From Actinomycetota bacterium (GTDB lineage: Bacteria > Actinomycetota > CADDZG01 > WHSQ01): a DNA stretch of 64,000 nucleotides. Shown here in pieces: positions 45,361-55,400 of this stretch (positions are counted from its first letter, which is position 1; every line of letters begins with the position of its first letter). The stretch lies in contig JBOGWU010000277.1 in NCBI GenBank assembly GCA_050693935.1, forward strand, positions 1,289 to 65,288. Reading direction: 5' to 3'. The notes beneath the pieces are model-generated. The model ran no database searches, had not been told where the DNA came from, and was given only the letters and a program-made list of their open reading frames with translations. The position numbers and the translations under genes were made by a program.

Positions 45361-46317
45361 TCAGCCCCTGCGGGACTTCACCTCATCGATCAACTGAGGA
45401 AGGATCTTCAGTGCATCCCCAACGATACCGAGGTCTGCGATCTGGAAGATGGGGGCTTCCTCGTCCTTGTTGATCGCGACGATCTTCTTTGCGCCCTTCA
45501 TTCCGACTATGTGCTGGGTGGCGCCGGAGATCCCGACGGCGAGATAGACGTTGGGTTTGACGGTGGTGCCGGTCTGTCCGATCTGCATCGCGTAGGGCAC
45601 CCAACCCGAATCGACGACTGCTCGCGTCGCTCCGACCGCGGTGTTGCCAATGCTTTTGGCGAGTTGGTCGAGCAACTCGAAGTTGCCGGGCTCCTGCAGT
45701 CCCCGCCCGCCCGAGATCACCATGGCCGCCTCCTCGAGCTTCGGCCCGGAGGTCTCCTCCACGTGGCGCTCCACGCGCTTTGCCTTCTTGAGCTCGTCTG
45801 CGATCTCGACGGTGACCGGCACCGTCTCGGTGGAGCCACCGACGGGGCTCGCCTCGAATGACTTGGGTCGCACGAGAACGAGCTTGGGCGAGCCATCGAG
45901 CTTGACGTCGACCAGCGTCGAACCGCCGAACACCTGGGTCTGCGCAGTGTCGGGGTCGATGATCTCGGAGACGTTGCTCATGAGCGTGGAGCCGGTCTTG
46001 GCGCTGAGACGGCCCGCGATGTCGCGCGAGTCGTAGTTGGTCGCGAACAAGACGAGGTCAGGCGAGTGTTCCTCGACGAGTCGATACAGCGCCTCGGCCG
46101 CCGGTTGAGCGACGAAATCGGAGTAGACCGAGTCGTCCGAGGCGAAGACAGTGGTGGCGCCGTGCTCGCCGAGCTCCTTGGCCGCGTCGGTCGCGCCGGG
46201 GCCGAGTGCGACCGCCTCGACGTCGCCACCCAAGTCCCTCGCCTTGGCGAGGATCTCGAGAGCCGACGAGTCGACCGCGCCGTCGTGAAGCTCCGCGAAA
46301 ACCCAAATTTTTGACAT
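45361..46317 (-). CDS. etfA: Electron transfer flavoprotein subunit alpha
   Basis: 318 aa. The C-terminal FAD-binding block is VISGGRGL...[55 protein letters not shown]. Confidence 0.9.
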   Translation of the reverse strand: MSKIWVFAELHDGAVDSSALEILAKARDLGGDVEAVALGPGATDAAKELGEHGATTVFASDDSVYSDFVAQPAAEALYRLVEEHSPDLVLFATNYDSRDIAGRLSAKTGSTLMSNVSEIIDPDTAQTQVFGGSTLVDVKLDGSPKLVLVRPKSFEASPVGGSTETVPVTVEIADELKKAKRVERHVEETSGPKLEEAAMVISGGRGLQEPGNFELLDQLAKSIGNTAVGATRAVVDSGWVPYAMQIGQTGTTVKPNVYLAVGISGATQHIVGMKGAKKIVAINKDEEAPIFQIADLGIVGDALKILPQLIDEVKSRRG

Positions 46318-46320
46318 GAG

Positions 46321-47088
46321 TTAGATCACCTTCGCTTCCTTGAGGAAGTCGGCGATGCGGGCCGCGCCCGAGCCGTCGTCGGCGACCACCTCGCCGGCCT
46401 TGCGCTCGGTGGCCTTGGCGATGTTGGCGATCGTCTGCTCGACCTTGACGTCGTCCCCGGAGAGTTCGAGGTCGGCGAGCGACCACTGCTCGACCGGCTT
46501 CTTCTTCGCCGCCATGATTCCCTTGAAGGAGGCGTAGCGCGGCTCGTTCACTCCCGCGGTCACGGTTATCAGCGCGGGAAGCGGCGACTCGACGACGTGG
46601 TACCCGTCGGCGGTCTGCCGGTCGATCTTGATGGACCCCTCGGCGCCCTCGATCTTCTTGACGAAGGTGAGCTGTGGCAGGGAGAGAAACTCGGCCAGGC
46701 TCGATGGCATCGTGCCGGTGTAACCGTCGGTGGACTCCACTCCGGCGATCACCAGGTCGAATGCCCCGGCCTTGGTGATGGCCGCCCCCAGGACCCTGGC
46801 GGTTATCAGGGCGTCGGCCCCCGCCAGGCTCTCGTCGGTTACGAGCACACCCTTGTCCGCCCCCATCGACAAACCGCGCCGGATCGCCTCCATGGCGGTG
46901 GCCGGGCCCATCGAGACCAGGGTCACCTCGCCGCCGTGGGCCTCCTTGAGCTGAAGGCCGGCCTCGACGCCGAACTCGTCGCCGGGGTCGAGCACGCCCT
47001 GGACTCCGGCCCGTTTGAGGCGCTCGCCCTCCATCTCGCCGGGGAGGTTCGGATCGGGGATGTGTTTTACGCACACCGCGATGTTCAA
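46321..47088 (-). CDS. etfB: Electron transfer flavoprotein subunit beta
   Basis: This is ORF 46321..47133 trimmed to the TTG at 47086-47088, 5 nt after a perfect SD aaggagg. The product begins (M)NIAVCVKHIPDP, typical of EtfB. Confidence 0.9.
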   Translation of the reverse strand: MNIAVCVKHIPDPNLPGEMEGERLKRAGVQGVLDPGDEFGVEAGLQLKEAHGGEVTLVSMGPATAMEAIRRGLSMGADKGVLVTDESLAGADALITARVLGAAITKAGAFDLVIAGVESTDGYTGTMPSSLAEFLSLPQLTFVKKIEGAEGSIKIDRQTADGYHVVESPLPALITVTAGVNEPRYASFKGIMAAKKKPVEQWSLADLELSGDDVKVEQTIANIAKATERKAGEVVADDGSGAARIADFLKEAKVI

Positions 47089-47148
47089 TTCGGCCTCCTT
47101 GTCATTTTTTGGGATGCGTGCTTGCAATAGCAAGCACCCTACCGCGGA

Positions 47149-48097
47149 TCAGCGCCGTGATGCGTACCGCTCCAGGCCCTCGCGCTCGGTCATCGCTCCG
47201 TCGCCGTCCTCCACCACCAGATCGAGGTGGGCCACCACCTCGGAAACGGCCAGGAAGCGCTCGTAGCCGGTCGCCTTGGGATAGAGCCGCGCGGCCAGCT
47301 CGAAGGGCGTCTGCCCCTTCGTATCGAGCGCCTGGGCCACCTTGACCTTGCGGCGCAGATGGTGGTCGATCGTGCGCTCGACCAACGGCTGGGGCTCACC
47401 GATCTGCTCGCCGTGGCCCGGATAGGCCAGGGTGAGCTCCATCTTCCCCATCGCCTCGAGCGAGTCGAGGTACTGGCGGAGCGAGCGTCGTCGCTCGGTG
47501 GGATCGTCGACGCTCGGCTCCATCAGTGGATTTCGGAGAGACGTGCGGCAGCAGCTGATCGCCGGCGAACAGCGTGCGACTGCCCGGCTCGAGATAGACC
47601 ATGTGCCCGCCGGTGTGTCCGGGGCTGAAATGAGCCTCGAGGCAGAAGCCAGCGAACTCGAAGCGGTCGCCGGGCGCGACCGAAACGAGTTCCTCGTAGC
47701 GCAGCGGCGGCCGCGGCTCCTTTTTGCGCGCCTCGTCGAGCTTCAAGAGCATCTCCAGCGGGAAGCCCTGCGCAAGGAGCATGCGGCCCCAGTCCTCGCG
47801 CCGGTTCCCCCGCCGGAGCCGCGCTACCTCGGGGGCCGGGAAGTGGATCGTCGCTCCCGTTTTCTCGGCCACCGCGTGCATGAGTCCGAAGTGATCGGGA
47901 TGTGCGTGCGTGATGACGATGCGTTCGAGCCGGTCCAGGTCGTCGCCGATGAGCTCGAAGAGGAGCTCCTCGGAGGCGGGCAGGTTGATGCCCGAGTCGA
48001 TGAGCGTGACCGGCTCGGCCTCGATCAGATAGGCATTGACGGGCCCGACTGCATAAGGGGTCGGCGTCTCCAGGCGCCGAACGGGAAGGGTAGACAC
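47149..48097 (-). pseudogene. MBL-fold metallo-hydrolase split by a 1-nt frameshift at 47531-47533
   Basis: The N-terminal part is ORF 47396..48097 (ITHAHPDHFG...SPGHTGGHMVY...FAGDQLLPHVSP). The C-terminal part is ORF 47149..47523 (MEPSVDDPTERRRSLRQYLDSLEAM...YPGHGE). Removing one A from ccg aaa tcc joins them as ...HVSPNPLMEPSVDD.... Confidence 0.75.
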
Positions 48098-48124
48098 TGC
48101 GACAGTCTAGGAGGCCGCCTCCGA

Positions 48125-48487
48125 CTAGTCCTTTCGCGGAGTCAGGATGCAGAACTCGTTGCCCTCGGGGTCGGCGAGCACCTGCCAGGTCACATCGGGG
48201 TCTTTGCTCTGTCCGATGTCGACGTGGGTGGCGCCGAGCTCGAGCACGCGGTCGACCTCGGCGGCCTGGTCATCCGGATTGAGGTCGAAGTGGATCCGGT
48301 TCTTGGCCGCTTTGGCATCGGGGACCTTGAGGAACAGAATCGCTACTCCTGCCTCATCCTGACGCTCGATGGCGACCTCGTCGTCAGAATCGAAGGTGAT
48401 CTTGTAGTCGAGGACCTGGCTCCAGAAGTCCGCGAGTCGATGCGGGTCGGACGCATCGACGGTGACGGTATAAAGCTCGCTGCTCAC
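48125..48487 (-). CDS. VOC/glyoxalase-family protein
   Basis: This is ORF 48125..48520 trimmed to the GTG at 48485-48487, which follows the SD aaaggagga. Blocks present: FWSQVLDY...RIHFDL...GATHVD...VLADPEGNEFCI. Confidence 0.7.
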   Translation of the reverse strand: MSSELYTVTVDASDPHRLADFWSQVLDYKITFDSDDEVAIERQDEAGVAILFLKVPDAKAAKNRIHFDLNPDDQAAEVDRVLELGATHVDIGQSKDPDVTWQVLADPEGNEFCILTPRKD

Positions 48488-48516
48488 TGCATTCCTCCTT
48501 TTAGAGCGCGGTCTTA

Positions 48517-49299
48517 TCAACGGCCTTTGAACTCGGCCTTCCCCGGACCGCTGGCTACGAACGACTCCATGCCGATCGTCTGGTCCTCGGTCGAGAAGAG
48601 CGCGGCGAAGGCCTGCCGTTCGATCGTGAGCGCGGTGGTCATATCGACATCGACGCCCTGTTGTATCGCTTGTTTGGCCGCCATGAGCGCCACCGCCGGC
48701 CCCGACGCGTAACCCCCGGCCAGCTCGAGGGCTCGCTCGTGCACCACCTCGGGCGCCACGACCTCGTTCACGAGTCCAATCCTGAGAGCCTCATCCGCAT
48801 CGACGAACCGTCCCGAGTAGATGATCTCCTTGGCGCGGCCAAGCCCCACGAGCCGGGGTAACCGCTGCGTTCCGCCCGCCCCTGGCATCACCCCTAGCAG
48901 GATCTCTGGCTGCCCGAGCTTCGAGTCCTCGGCACAGATGCGGAGGTCGCACGCAAGCGCTAGCTCGCACCCGCCTCCCAGGGCATAGCCGGTGATCGCC
49001 GCGATCGTGATCTGAGGCAGTTGCTCGAGGCGCGTGAAGACGTTCTGGAAGCGGCCGATGTAGCGGTACATCGTGGTGGTGTCCTGGGTGGCCATCTCTT
49101 TGATGTCGGCCCCGGCCGCGAACACCCGCTCGCCACCCCAGACGACGATCGCACGGGCGGCCTCGTTGGTCGCGAGCGCGTCGACCGCCTCGCCGATCTC
49201 GGTCGCCACCTGTTCGTTGAGGGCGTTGACCTTCGGCCGGTCGAGCCGAATCGTCGCAACTCCGCTGTCGGACACCTCGTAGTTCACGAACTCGCCCAC
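48517..49299 (-). CDS. Enoyl-CoA hydratase/isomerase (crotonase)
   Basis: This is ORF 48517..49692 trimmed to the GTG at 49299, 7 nt after the SD ggagg (alternative GTG at 49287). Blocks present: VATIRLDRPKVNALN...VVWGGERVFAAGADIKEM...GYALGGGCELALACDLR...GQPEILLGVMPGAGGTQRL. Confidence 0.85.
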   Translation of the reverse strand: MGEFVNYEVSDSGVATIRLDRPKVNALNEQVATEIGEAVDALATNEAARAIVVWGGERVFAAGADIKEMATQDTTTMYRYIGRFQNVFTRLEQLPQITIAAITGYALGGGCELALACDLRICAEDSKLGQPEILLGVMPGAGGTQRLPRLVGLGRAKEIIYSGRFVDADEALRIGLVNEVVAPEVVHERALELAGGYASGPAVALMAAKQAIQQGVDVDMTTALTIERQAFAALFSTEDQTIGMESFVASGPGKAEFKGR

Positions 49300-49343
49300 G
49301 CGCCGGCCTCCACAATGATCGTCAGGTTGATCGTCCGTACAGG

Positions 49344-49964
49344 TTAGTAGCCTCGTGCAATCCACTCGTCGAGGTGCGGGAGCTCCGCTCCGATCGTCGT
49401 GGTGTCTCCATGACCCGGATACACCTTCGTTTCGCTCGGGAGCGTCAATAGCCTCGTACGAATGGACTCGATGATCGTCGGGAAGTCGGAGAACTTGCGC
49501 CCCGTCGCACCCGGTCCCCCGTGGAACAACGTGTCGCCGACGAAGACGGCTTCGTGACCGTCGTAGAGACACACGCCGCCCGGTGAGTGCCCCGGGGTGT
49601 GCAACACCTGGAGGCGCGCGCCGGCGATGGTGAACATGTCCCCATCCTTTAGGTCGACATCCCATCTCTTGTTCGGATAGACCTGCTCCCACAGCTCCTG
49701 ATCGCCGGGGTGCAGAGCGACCGGTGCGTTCAACTGGGGCTGGAGCTCATCGAGAGCGTTGATGTGATCGTTGTGCGCGTGCGTGCACACGATCAGGTTG
49801 ACGGTTCTTCCCCCGACACCCTCGATGATCGCTTCGGCGCAGTGAGCCGCGTCGATCACCGCGCACTCCTTAGAGTCTCCGACGATCCAGATGTTGTCCT
49901 CGACGTCGAAGTCCTCGCCGTCGAGACTGAACACTCCCTTGGTCACCACCCGATCGATCCTCAT
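49344..49964 (-). CDS. MBL-fold hydrolase (glyoxalase II-like; candidate S-formylmycothiol hydrolase)
   Basis: This is the C-terminal 206 codons of ORF 49344..50768. The ATG at 49962-49964 overlaps the stop of the upstream dehydrogenase (ATGA). Blocks present: CTHAHNDHI...HTPGHSPGG...YPGHGD. Confidence 0.8.
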   Translation of the reverse strand: MRIDRVVTKGVFSLDGEDFDVEDNIWIVGDSKECAVIDAAHCAEAIIEGVGGRTVNLIVCTHAHNDHINALDELQPQLNAPVALHPGDQELWEQVYPNKRWDVDLKDGDMFTIAGARLQVLHTPGHSPGGVCLYDGHEAVFVGDTLFHGGPGATGRKFSDFPTIIESIRTRLLTLPSETKVYPGHGDTTTIGAELPHLDEWIARGY

Positions 49965-51052
49965 GTGTTTAACACCACGACCGAGCGCAGCACCTCGCCC
50001 GCCTCCATCTTGCGAAACGCGTCCTCCACGTCGTCGAGGCCGATGCGTTCGCTGACGAAGCGGTCGAGGTCCAGCCGGCCCTGAAGGTAGAGGTCGATCA
50101 ACATGGGGAAGTCGCGCGTCGGCAGGCAATCCCCGTACCACGCCGGCTTGAGGGCACCGCCACGCCCGTAGAACTCGATCATCGGAAGCTCGATCATCAT
50201 GGCCGGATTCGGCACACCGGCCTGCACCAGCGTTCCGGCGAGGTCGCGCGCAAAGAAAGCCTGCTTCATCACGTCGGGATGTCCCACCGCCTCGATGGTC
50301 ACGTCGGCGCCGAAGCCGCCGGTCAGCTCCCTGATGGCCTCGACCGGATCCGTCTTCGACGAGTCGATGGTGTGAGTCGCGCCGAAGTCCTCGGCCCAGG
50401 TGAGCTTGGTGGGATCGATATCGACTCCGATGATCTTCGCTGCACCGGCGAGCTTGGCCCCGAGGATGGCCGCGTCTCCCACTCCCCCACAGCCGAACAC
50501 CGCAACGGAGTCGCCGCGCGTGACACCGCCGGTGTACATCGCCGCGCCGAGGCCCGCCATCACGCCACAGCCGATCAGCCCCGCGGTCTCGGGCGGCGCG
50601 TCGGCGTTCACCTTGATCGCCTGCCCCGCGGCAACCAGCGTCTTGGGTGTGAGCACACCGATGCCGAGCGCCGGGCTCAACGGGGTTCCATCCGACAACG
50701 TCATGGGTTGCGTCGCGTTGGCCGACTCGAAGCAGTACCACGGCCGCCCCCTTCTGCAAGAGCGGCACTCACCGCAGGGAGCGCGCCACGCCAGGATGAC
50801 GAAGTCCCCCGGTTCGAGATCGGTCACGTCCTCCCCAACTGCTTCGACCACGCCGGCCGCCTCGTGGCCCAGCAGGAAGGGATAGTCGTCGTTGATCGCT
50901 CCCACCTTGTAGTGAAGGTCGGTGTGGCAGACGCCGCACGCCTGCACGGCGACGAGCGCCTCACCCGGGCCCGGATCGGGAACCGAGATGGTGGCTATCT
51001 CGACCGGCTCGCCCTTGGTGCGCGAGATGACTCCCTTGACCTCGTGGGGCAC
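49961..51052 (-). CDS. mscR: S-(hydroxymethyl)mycothiol dehydrogenase-type class III zinc alcohol dehydrogenase
   Basis: This is ORF 49961..51190 trimmed to the GTG at 51050-51052, 6 nt after the SD aaggag. Blocks present: [30 protein letters not shown]...[11 protein letters not shown]...[15 protein letters not shown]...[10 protein letters not shown]...[40 protein letters not shown]. From memory it is very close to mycobacterial MscR. Confidence 0.85.
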   Translation of the reverse strand: MPHEVKGVISRTKGEPVEIATISVPDPGPGEALVAVQACGVCHTDLHYKVGAINDDYPFLLGHEAAGVVEAVGEDVTDLEPGDFVILAWRAPCGECRSCRRGRPWYCFESANATQPMTLSDGTPLSPALGIGVLTPKTLVAAGQAIKVNADAPPETAGLIGCGVMAGLGAAMYTGGVTRGDSVAVFGCGGVGDAAILGAKLAGAAKIIGVDIDPTKLTWAEDFGATHTIDSSKTDPVEAIRELTGGFGADVTIEAVGHPDVMKQAFFARDLAGTLVQAGVPNPAMMIELPMIEFYGRGGALKPAWYGDCLPTRDFPMLIDLYLQGRLDLDRFVSERIGLDDVEDAFRKMEAGEVLRSVVVLNT

Positions 51053-51179
51053 GTCCGTCTCCTTGTTCGCGTGAATCGAAGAGTCGCCAGGGTAAGCGAG
51101 GCGCGGTCTCTCAAAGGGACCGTTGTGCACTAACGTCAACCTCGGACGACGAAGTCGACTGCGACCGGGAGGCTGAAGC

Positions 51180-52502
51180 GTGTCTGACAAACTGCTCGAC
51201 GAACTGATCCAGTGGCTGCGAATCCCATCGATCTCCTCGGGCGGCGGAGACCCGCAGGACCTGGCACGGGCCGCCGAGTGGGCGCGCGACTACATCGTCG
51301 CGGCCGGGGGTGCAGCCGAGGTCGTGTCGACAAAGCTCAATCCGCTGGTGGTAGGCGAGCTTCGCTCCGCGGATCCCGGTGCCCCGACCGTCATCATCTA
51401 CGGTCACTACGACGTCCAGAGCGCCGACCCCCTCGATGCTTGGACCTCACCCCCCTTCGAGCCCGAGATCCGCGACGATCGCCTCTACGCGCGCGGGGCA
51501 GCCGACGACAAGGGCAACTTCTTCCCGTTGCTCTACGTAGCCTGCGAGCTGGCACGCGCCGGCGAGCTCCCGCTCAATATTCGCGTCCTCTCAGAGGGCG
51601 AGGAGGAGGTCGGCGGCGATAGCGTCGGCAAGTGGGTGATGGCCGACGAGCGCGGCGCGGACTGCGCGATCGTGTTCGACGGCGGGATGTTGGATGAGGC
51701 CACTCCGGCCCTGACGTTGGGCGTGCGCGGCATGGTGTCGATGTCAATCGAAGTGCACGCGGCGCGCGGGAACCTGCATTCGGGTCACTTCGGAGGCAGC
51801 GCTCTCAACGCGACGCATGTCTTGCAGCGGATGATTGCAAACGTCCTACCGGGACCCGACGGCCGCCTCCGCGACGAGCTTCGCGTTGGCTTGGCCGGCC
51901 CCACCGACGAAGAGCTGAAGTCATGGGCGCAGCTCCCCAACCCGGCGGAGATGTTCGAGCAGGTTGGAGCCCGGCCGATCCACGCGGGCTCGACCGAGTC
52001 CTATTACGAGCAGAGTTGGACCGACGCATCGATCGACGTGAACGGCATCGCAGGCGGCGACGCGGTGCAGAAGCGGACGATCATCCCCGCGGCCGCCAGC
52101 GCCAAGCTGTCGATGCGGCTCGCTCCCAACCAGACGGGAGCGGAGATGGGACCAATCCTCGAGGGCCTGGTGCGTGAGGGAGTCCCCGACGGCGCCGACG
52201 TGGAGATCACGTGGGACACCGGCGATGCGGCGTCATTCGACCCCGCCGATCCTGCACTGGCGCTCGGCATCGAGGCGCTGGAGGAAGCCTGCGGCGCCGC
52301 GCCCGCGCTGATTCGCTCCGGCGGCTCGATTCCGGTGCTGGCCTCCTTTGCGGCGCGAGGCATCCCGACCATCCTGAGCGGGTTCGTCCTCGCCGACGAC
52401 AACCTGCACGCGCCCGACGAGAGCTATCGGCTCGAGAGCCTGCGGCTGGGCGAGGCCGCCGCCCGGGCCCTATACGCGAAGTTGGCGACGCTGCGCCGTT
52501 GA
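51180..52502 (+). CDS. M20 family metallopeptidase (dipeptidase-like)
   Basis: 440 aa: WLRIPSIS...[13 protein letters not shown]...WTSPPFEP...[14 protein letters not shown]...SEGEEEVGG. Confidence 0.85.
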   Translation: MSDKLLDELIQWLRIPSISSGGGDPQDLARAAEWARDYIVAAGGAAEVVSTKLNPLVVGELRSADPGAPTVIIYGHYDVQSADPLDAWTSPPFEPEIRDDRLYARGAADDKGNFFPLLYVACELARAGELPLNIRVLSEGEEEVGGDSVGKWVMADERGADCAIVFDGGMLDEATPALTLGVRGMVSMSIEVHAARGNLHSGHFGGSALNATHVLQRMIANVLPGPDGRLRDELRVGLAGPTDEELKSWAQLPNPAEMFEQVGARPIHAGSTESYYEQSWTDASIDVNGIAGGDAVQKRTIIPAAASAKLSMRLAPNQTGAEMGPILEGLVREGVPDGADVEITWDTGDAASFDPADPALALGIEALEEACGAAPALIRSGGSIPVLASFAARGIPTILSGFVLADDNLHAPDESYRLESLRLGEAAARALYAKLATLRR

Positions 52503-52537
52503 GCGTGCCACATGCTAAGTCGCTTGGAGAGGCTTGA

Positions 52538-53227
52538 TCACTCCTTCTCCAAGCGATCTCCCTGCTTGCGCACCGGGAGCTCGAGAGCCGACGCGGGAGC
52601 AAGCGCCTTGTAGAAGAGCTCCTTGGCTGCGGCCGCGAGACGATCAAGATCGGGTGGATTGCCGAACGTGATGGCCGTCCCCATGCTGAAGCTCATCGCC
52701 GCGTTCAGCAGATAGGCGCACATCTCGGGATCGCTCGCGTGTAGAAGCCCGGTCTCGGTCCCCGCCTCGATGGCGCGGGTAAGGAACTCGATGAAGTGTC
52801 GCTCCGCGGTCAGTACCTCTTCCGAGATGCCGGACTGCCACAGGTGGCGGGTTATCACCTCGCACTCTCGCCGGTGCTCGACGATGTATTCGAATAGCGA
52901 GTCGATGATGTCGTCGATCGCATCGCGGTAATCCACCGGCTCGCCCCGCTCGAGCGCTGCGAAATAGTCACCCGCGCCGGCCAAAAACCGCTCCTCCATC
53001 CCCTTGTGGAAGTCGCCGTGCAGGGCCAGCAGGACGTCGTTCTTGGAGGGGAAGTAGAGGTACATCGTTCCGATGGCAACCCCTGCCCTGGTGGCGATGC
53101 TCTGCACCGTGGTCTCGTCGAAGCCCTTCTCGAGAAACAGGTCGAGGGCGGCGTCCAGGAACTCCTGGCGGCGCTCGCCCCGGGGCTTGGAGACTCTCTT
53201 CCTGGGTGTCTCGACGGCTTCGTCCAT
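52538..53227 (-). CDS. TetR/AcrR family transcriptional regulator
   Basis: 229 aa. The N-terminal HTH is RRQEFLDAALDLFLEKGFDETTVQSIATRAGVAIGTMYLYFPSKNDV. Confidence 0.9.
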   Translation of the reverse strand: MDEAVETPRKRVSKPRGERRQEFLDAALDLFLEKGFDETTVQSIATRAGVAIGTMYLYFPSKNDVLLALHGDFHKGMEERFLAGAGDYFAALERGEPVDYRDAIDDIIDSLFEYIVEHRRECEVITRHLWQSGISEEVLTAERHFIEFLTRAIEAGTETGLLHASDPEMCAYLLNAAMSFSMGTAITFGNPPDLDRLAAAAKELFYKALAPASALELPVRKQGDRLEKE

Positions 53228-53311
53228 GGACTTGCTCTTCCGCCGCGGTGAACTCGGTTCAGTAAAGGCTACCAGGTGGGCCGAGCGACCCCCGTTACCG
53301 ACTGCTTGACT

Positions 53312-53351
53312 TATGAATGAGATTCACTCAGTATGAATGACGTTCACTCAG
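53312..53351. promoter_or_regulatory. Two tandem 20-bp repeats, each with an inverted-repeat core: candidate TetR operator pair
   Basis: TATGAATGAGATTCACTCAG at 53312-53331 and TATGAATGACGTTCACTCAG at 53332-53351 match at 18 of 20 positions. The cores are TGAAT-N3-ATTCA and TGAA-N5-TTCA. TTGACT at 53306-53311 is -35-like. The site lies in the gap between the TetR gene (minus) and a small plus-strand ORF. Confidence 0.55.
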
Positions 53352-53368
53352 CGACGGAGGGAGATGCG

Positions 53369-53611
53369 ATGAAAGCGACGAGGTCGAATCGAGCGCCCCT
53401 CGCCGGGGCCCTTCCCCACGACACCGCTCGCTCGTCGGGGGACCCTAGGAAGCAGGTGGTGGGAGTGATCCTTAGCGACGGAACCGTTTACACAGTGCCC
53501 GGCACACGCGACGATTCGCCGCGCGGCCCCTGGTCGCAGGGAAGGTTCTCGGGCTCCGGCTGGACCCTTTGGTGGGAGCGCAGGGTCACTACGAAGCAAG
53601 GCCGGCCCTGA
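53369..53611 (+). CDS. Possible small protein (80 aa) downstream of the operator pair
   Basis: The ATG at 53369 lies 5-6 nt after the SD ggaggga (MKATRSNRAPLAG...TVYTVPGTRDD...). It is Arg/Gly/Ser-rich, and its 3' end overlaps the convergent methyltransferase by 23 nt. Whether it is coding is uncertain. Confidence 0.25.
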   Translation: MKATRSNRAPLAGALPHDTARSSGDPRKQVVGVILSDGTVYTVPGTRDDSPRGPWSQGRFSGSGWTLWWERRVTTKQGRP

Positions 53612-54323
53612 ACGCCTGGGTCTCGTAGGGCAACTCGAATGTGTCCCGACCCGAAAGGTCCGGGTGGCGCTCACACAGAGCCCCGATCTCGTCGAGCACT
53701 CGCCCTCGCTCCCGCTCGCTCAGGGTCGCAACCGCGCTGCGAGAACCGACATGGGCGAGCAGCGTGTCACGGTCGAGCATCTGGCTCGTGCGCCACTGCC
53801 GAGACTCGAAAGCCGCGAACCCCGGCAGCCGGCCCAGGTTCGCCCGAGTCTCGAGCGAGTTTTCGGCGCCTGCGATCCGCGTTACCTCGGCCACCCACCC
53901 CACCGACTCGTCGCGAACGTTCCAGATAAGGCCCAACCTTCCGCCGGGCGACAACAGACGCCGAATCTCGGGAACGGCGCGCTCTTGATCGAACCAGTGG
54001 AAGGCCTGAGCTACTACTACCGCCTCCGCCCAGTGAGATCGCACCGGTGTGGCCTCGGCGACCGAGCAGGCCGCCATTGCCGAGGGCACTGTTCGTCGCA
54101 ACTCCGACACCATGCGGTGCTGAGGTTCGAGCGCCACCACTTCGGCGGCGAGAGCGACCAAGGCGCCGGTCAGTTTTCCCGTCCCCGCGCCCAGGTCGAC
54201 GATCCTGCTCGACTCACCTACCAGCCAGCGCACCGCGTCGGCCGGGTAGGTGGCTCGACCTCGCTCGTACTCGGTGGCGGTTCGTCCGAACGAAGTCGCG
54301 CGCGCGGCTCGCGCTCGATCCAC
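53589..54323 (-). CDS. Class I SAM-dependent methyltransferase
   Basis: 244 aa: RIVDLGAGTGKLTGAL...VVVAQAFHWFD...LSPGGRLGLIWN. Confidence 0.8.
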   Translation of the reverse strand: MDRARAARATSFGRTATEYERGRATYPADAVRWLVGESSRIVDLGAGTGKLTGALVALAAEVVALEPQHRMVSELRRTVPSAMAACSVAEATPVRSHWAEAVVVAQAFHWFDQERAVPEIRRLLSPGGRLGLIWNVRDESVGWVAEVTRIAGAENSLETRANLGRLPGFAAFESRQWRTSQMLDRDTLLAHVGSRSAVATLSERERGRVLDEIGALCERHPDLSGRDTFELPYETQAFRAGLAS

Positions 54324-54332
54324 GCCCGATAC

Positions 54333-55400
54333 CTATCCCTTCAGGACTCGCTCGACGATCGCGTCGCCGATCTCGGTCGTCGAAGCGCGGCCCCCGAGAT
54401 CGGGCGACTTGATCCCCTCCGAGAGCGTGACTTCTATGGCGTCCATCACCAGATCTCCAAGCTCGCCCAGATCGTAGAAGTCGAGCAACATCTTCGCCGT
54501 CCAGATCTGACCGATCGGGTTTGCGATTCCCTTGCCGGCGATGTCTGGAGCCGAGCCGTGCACGGGCTCGAACATCGAGGGCGCCGTGCGGTCGGGATTG
54601 AGGTTGGCGGCCGGCGCGACACCGATGCTGCCCATTATGGCTCCGCCGATGTCCGTCAGGATGTCGCCGAGCAAGTTGGAGGCGACCACCACGTCCAGCG
54701 TGTGCGGTCGAGTCACGAAGAAGGCGGCGAGGGCGTCGGCGAGCACCAGCCGGGCTTCAATCGACGGGTAGTCCTGAGCCACCTCCCTGAAGACATCGTC
54801 CCAAAACGGCATGGTGTAGACGATCCCGTTGGACTTGGTGGCGCCGACGACCTCCTTGCGGCCCTGGGATGTGGCGAGCTCGAACGCGCAGCGAACCGCT
54901 CGGGTAACGCCGAGGCGCGAGAAGTAGTTGACCTGCATCGCCGCCTCATGCTCGGTGCCCGAGTGGATGCGGCCGCCAACGTCTGAGTACTCGCCCTCGG
55001 AGTTCTCGCGCACGACCATGAAATCGATGTCGCCAGGCTCCCGGTCGCGCAACGGACTGTGCATCCCTCGCAACAGCTTGACCGGTCGCAGGTTCACGTA
55101 CTGCCGGAAGTGACGGCGGATCGGGATGAGCAGTCCCCACAGACTCACGTGGTCGGGAACGCCCGGCCACCCCACCGCACCCAAAAGGATCGTGTCGAAG
55201 CCGGCCAGTGTCTCGAGGGCGTCATCCGGCATCATCTTGTCGTGCTGAAGGTAGTACTCGCAGCCCCACGAGAAATCCTGGAACTCGAACTTGAGCCCTC
55301 CGTGCACCCGTGCAGCCGCATCGAGCACGCGGCGCGCCTCGACGACGACCTCCGGCCCGATGCCGTCGCCCGGTATGCACGCAACCCTGATCACCGACAC
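54333..55400 (-). CDS. Tartrate dehydrogenase/decarboxylase / D-malate dehydrogenase (decarboxylating), IPMDH family
   Basis: 355 aa: IPGDGIGPEVV...CEYYLQHDKMMPDD...LGAVGWPGVPDHVSLWGLLIPIRRHFRQYVNLRPV...VVRENSEGEYS...ATKSNG...SNLLGDILTD...FEPVHGSAPDIAGKGIANP. From memory it is close to E. coli YeaU/TtuC-type enzymes. Confidence 0.85.
   Translation of the reverse strand: MSVIRVACIPGDGIGPEVVVEARRVLDAAARVHGGLKFEFQDFSWGCEYYLQHDKMMPDDALETLAGFDTILLGAVGWPGVPDHVSLWGLLIPIRRHFRQYVNLRPVKLLRGMHSPLRDREPGDIDFMVVRENSEGEYSDVGGRIHSGTEHEAAMQVNYFSRLGVTRAVRCAFELATSQGRKEVVGATKSNGIVYTMPFWDDVFREVAQDYPSIEARLVLADALAAFFVTRPHTLDVVVASNLLGDILTDIGGAIMGSIGVAPAANLNPDRTAPSMFEPVHGSAPDIAGKGIANPIGQIWTAKMLLDFYDLGELGDLVMDAIEVTLSEGIKSPDLGGRASTTEIGDAIVERVLKG

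Noticed and set aside
49344-50768. The 474-aa form of the MBL hydrolase ORF, and similar 5' extensions of ORFs 55862..57064, 57094..58323, 58173..59705, 59596..60198 and 59901..61793
   Set aside because: The extensions overlap the preceding, well-supported genes in another frame and are Arg-rich. Internal starts with SD sequences or stop/start overlaps give products of the expected family length.
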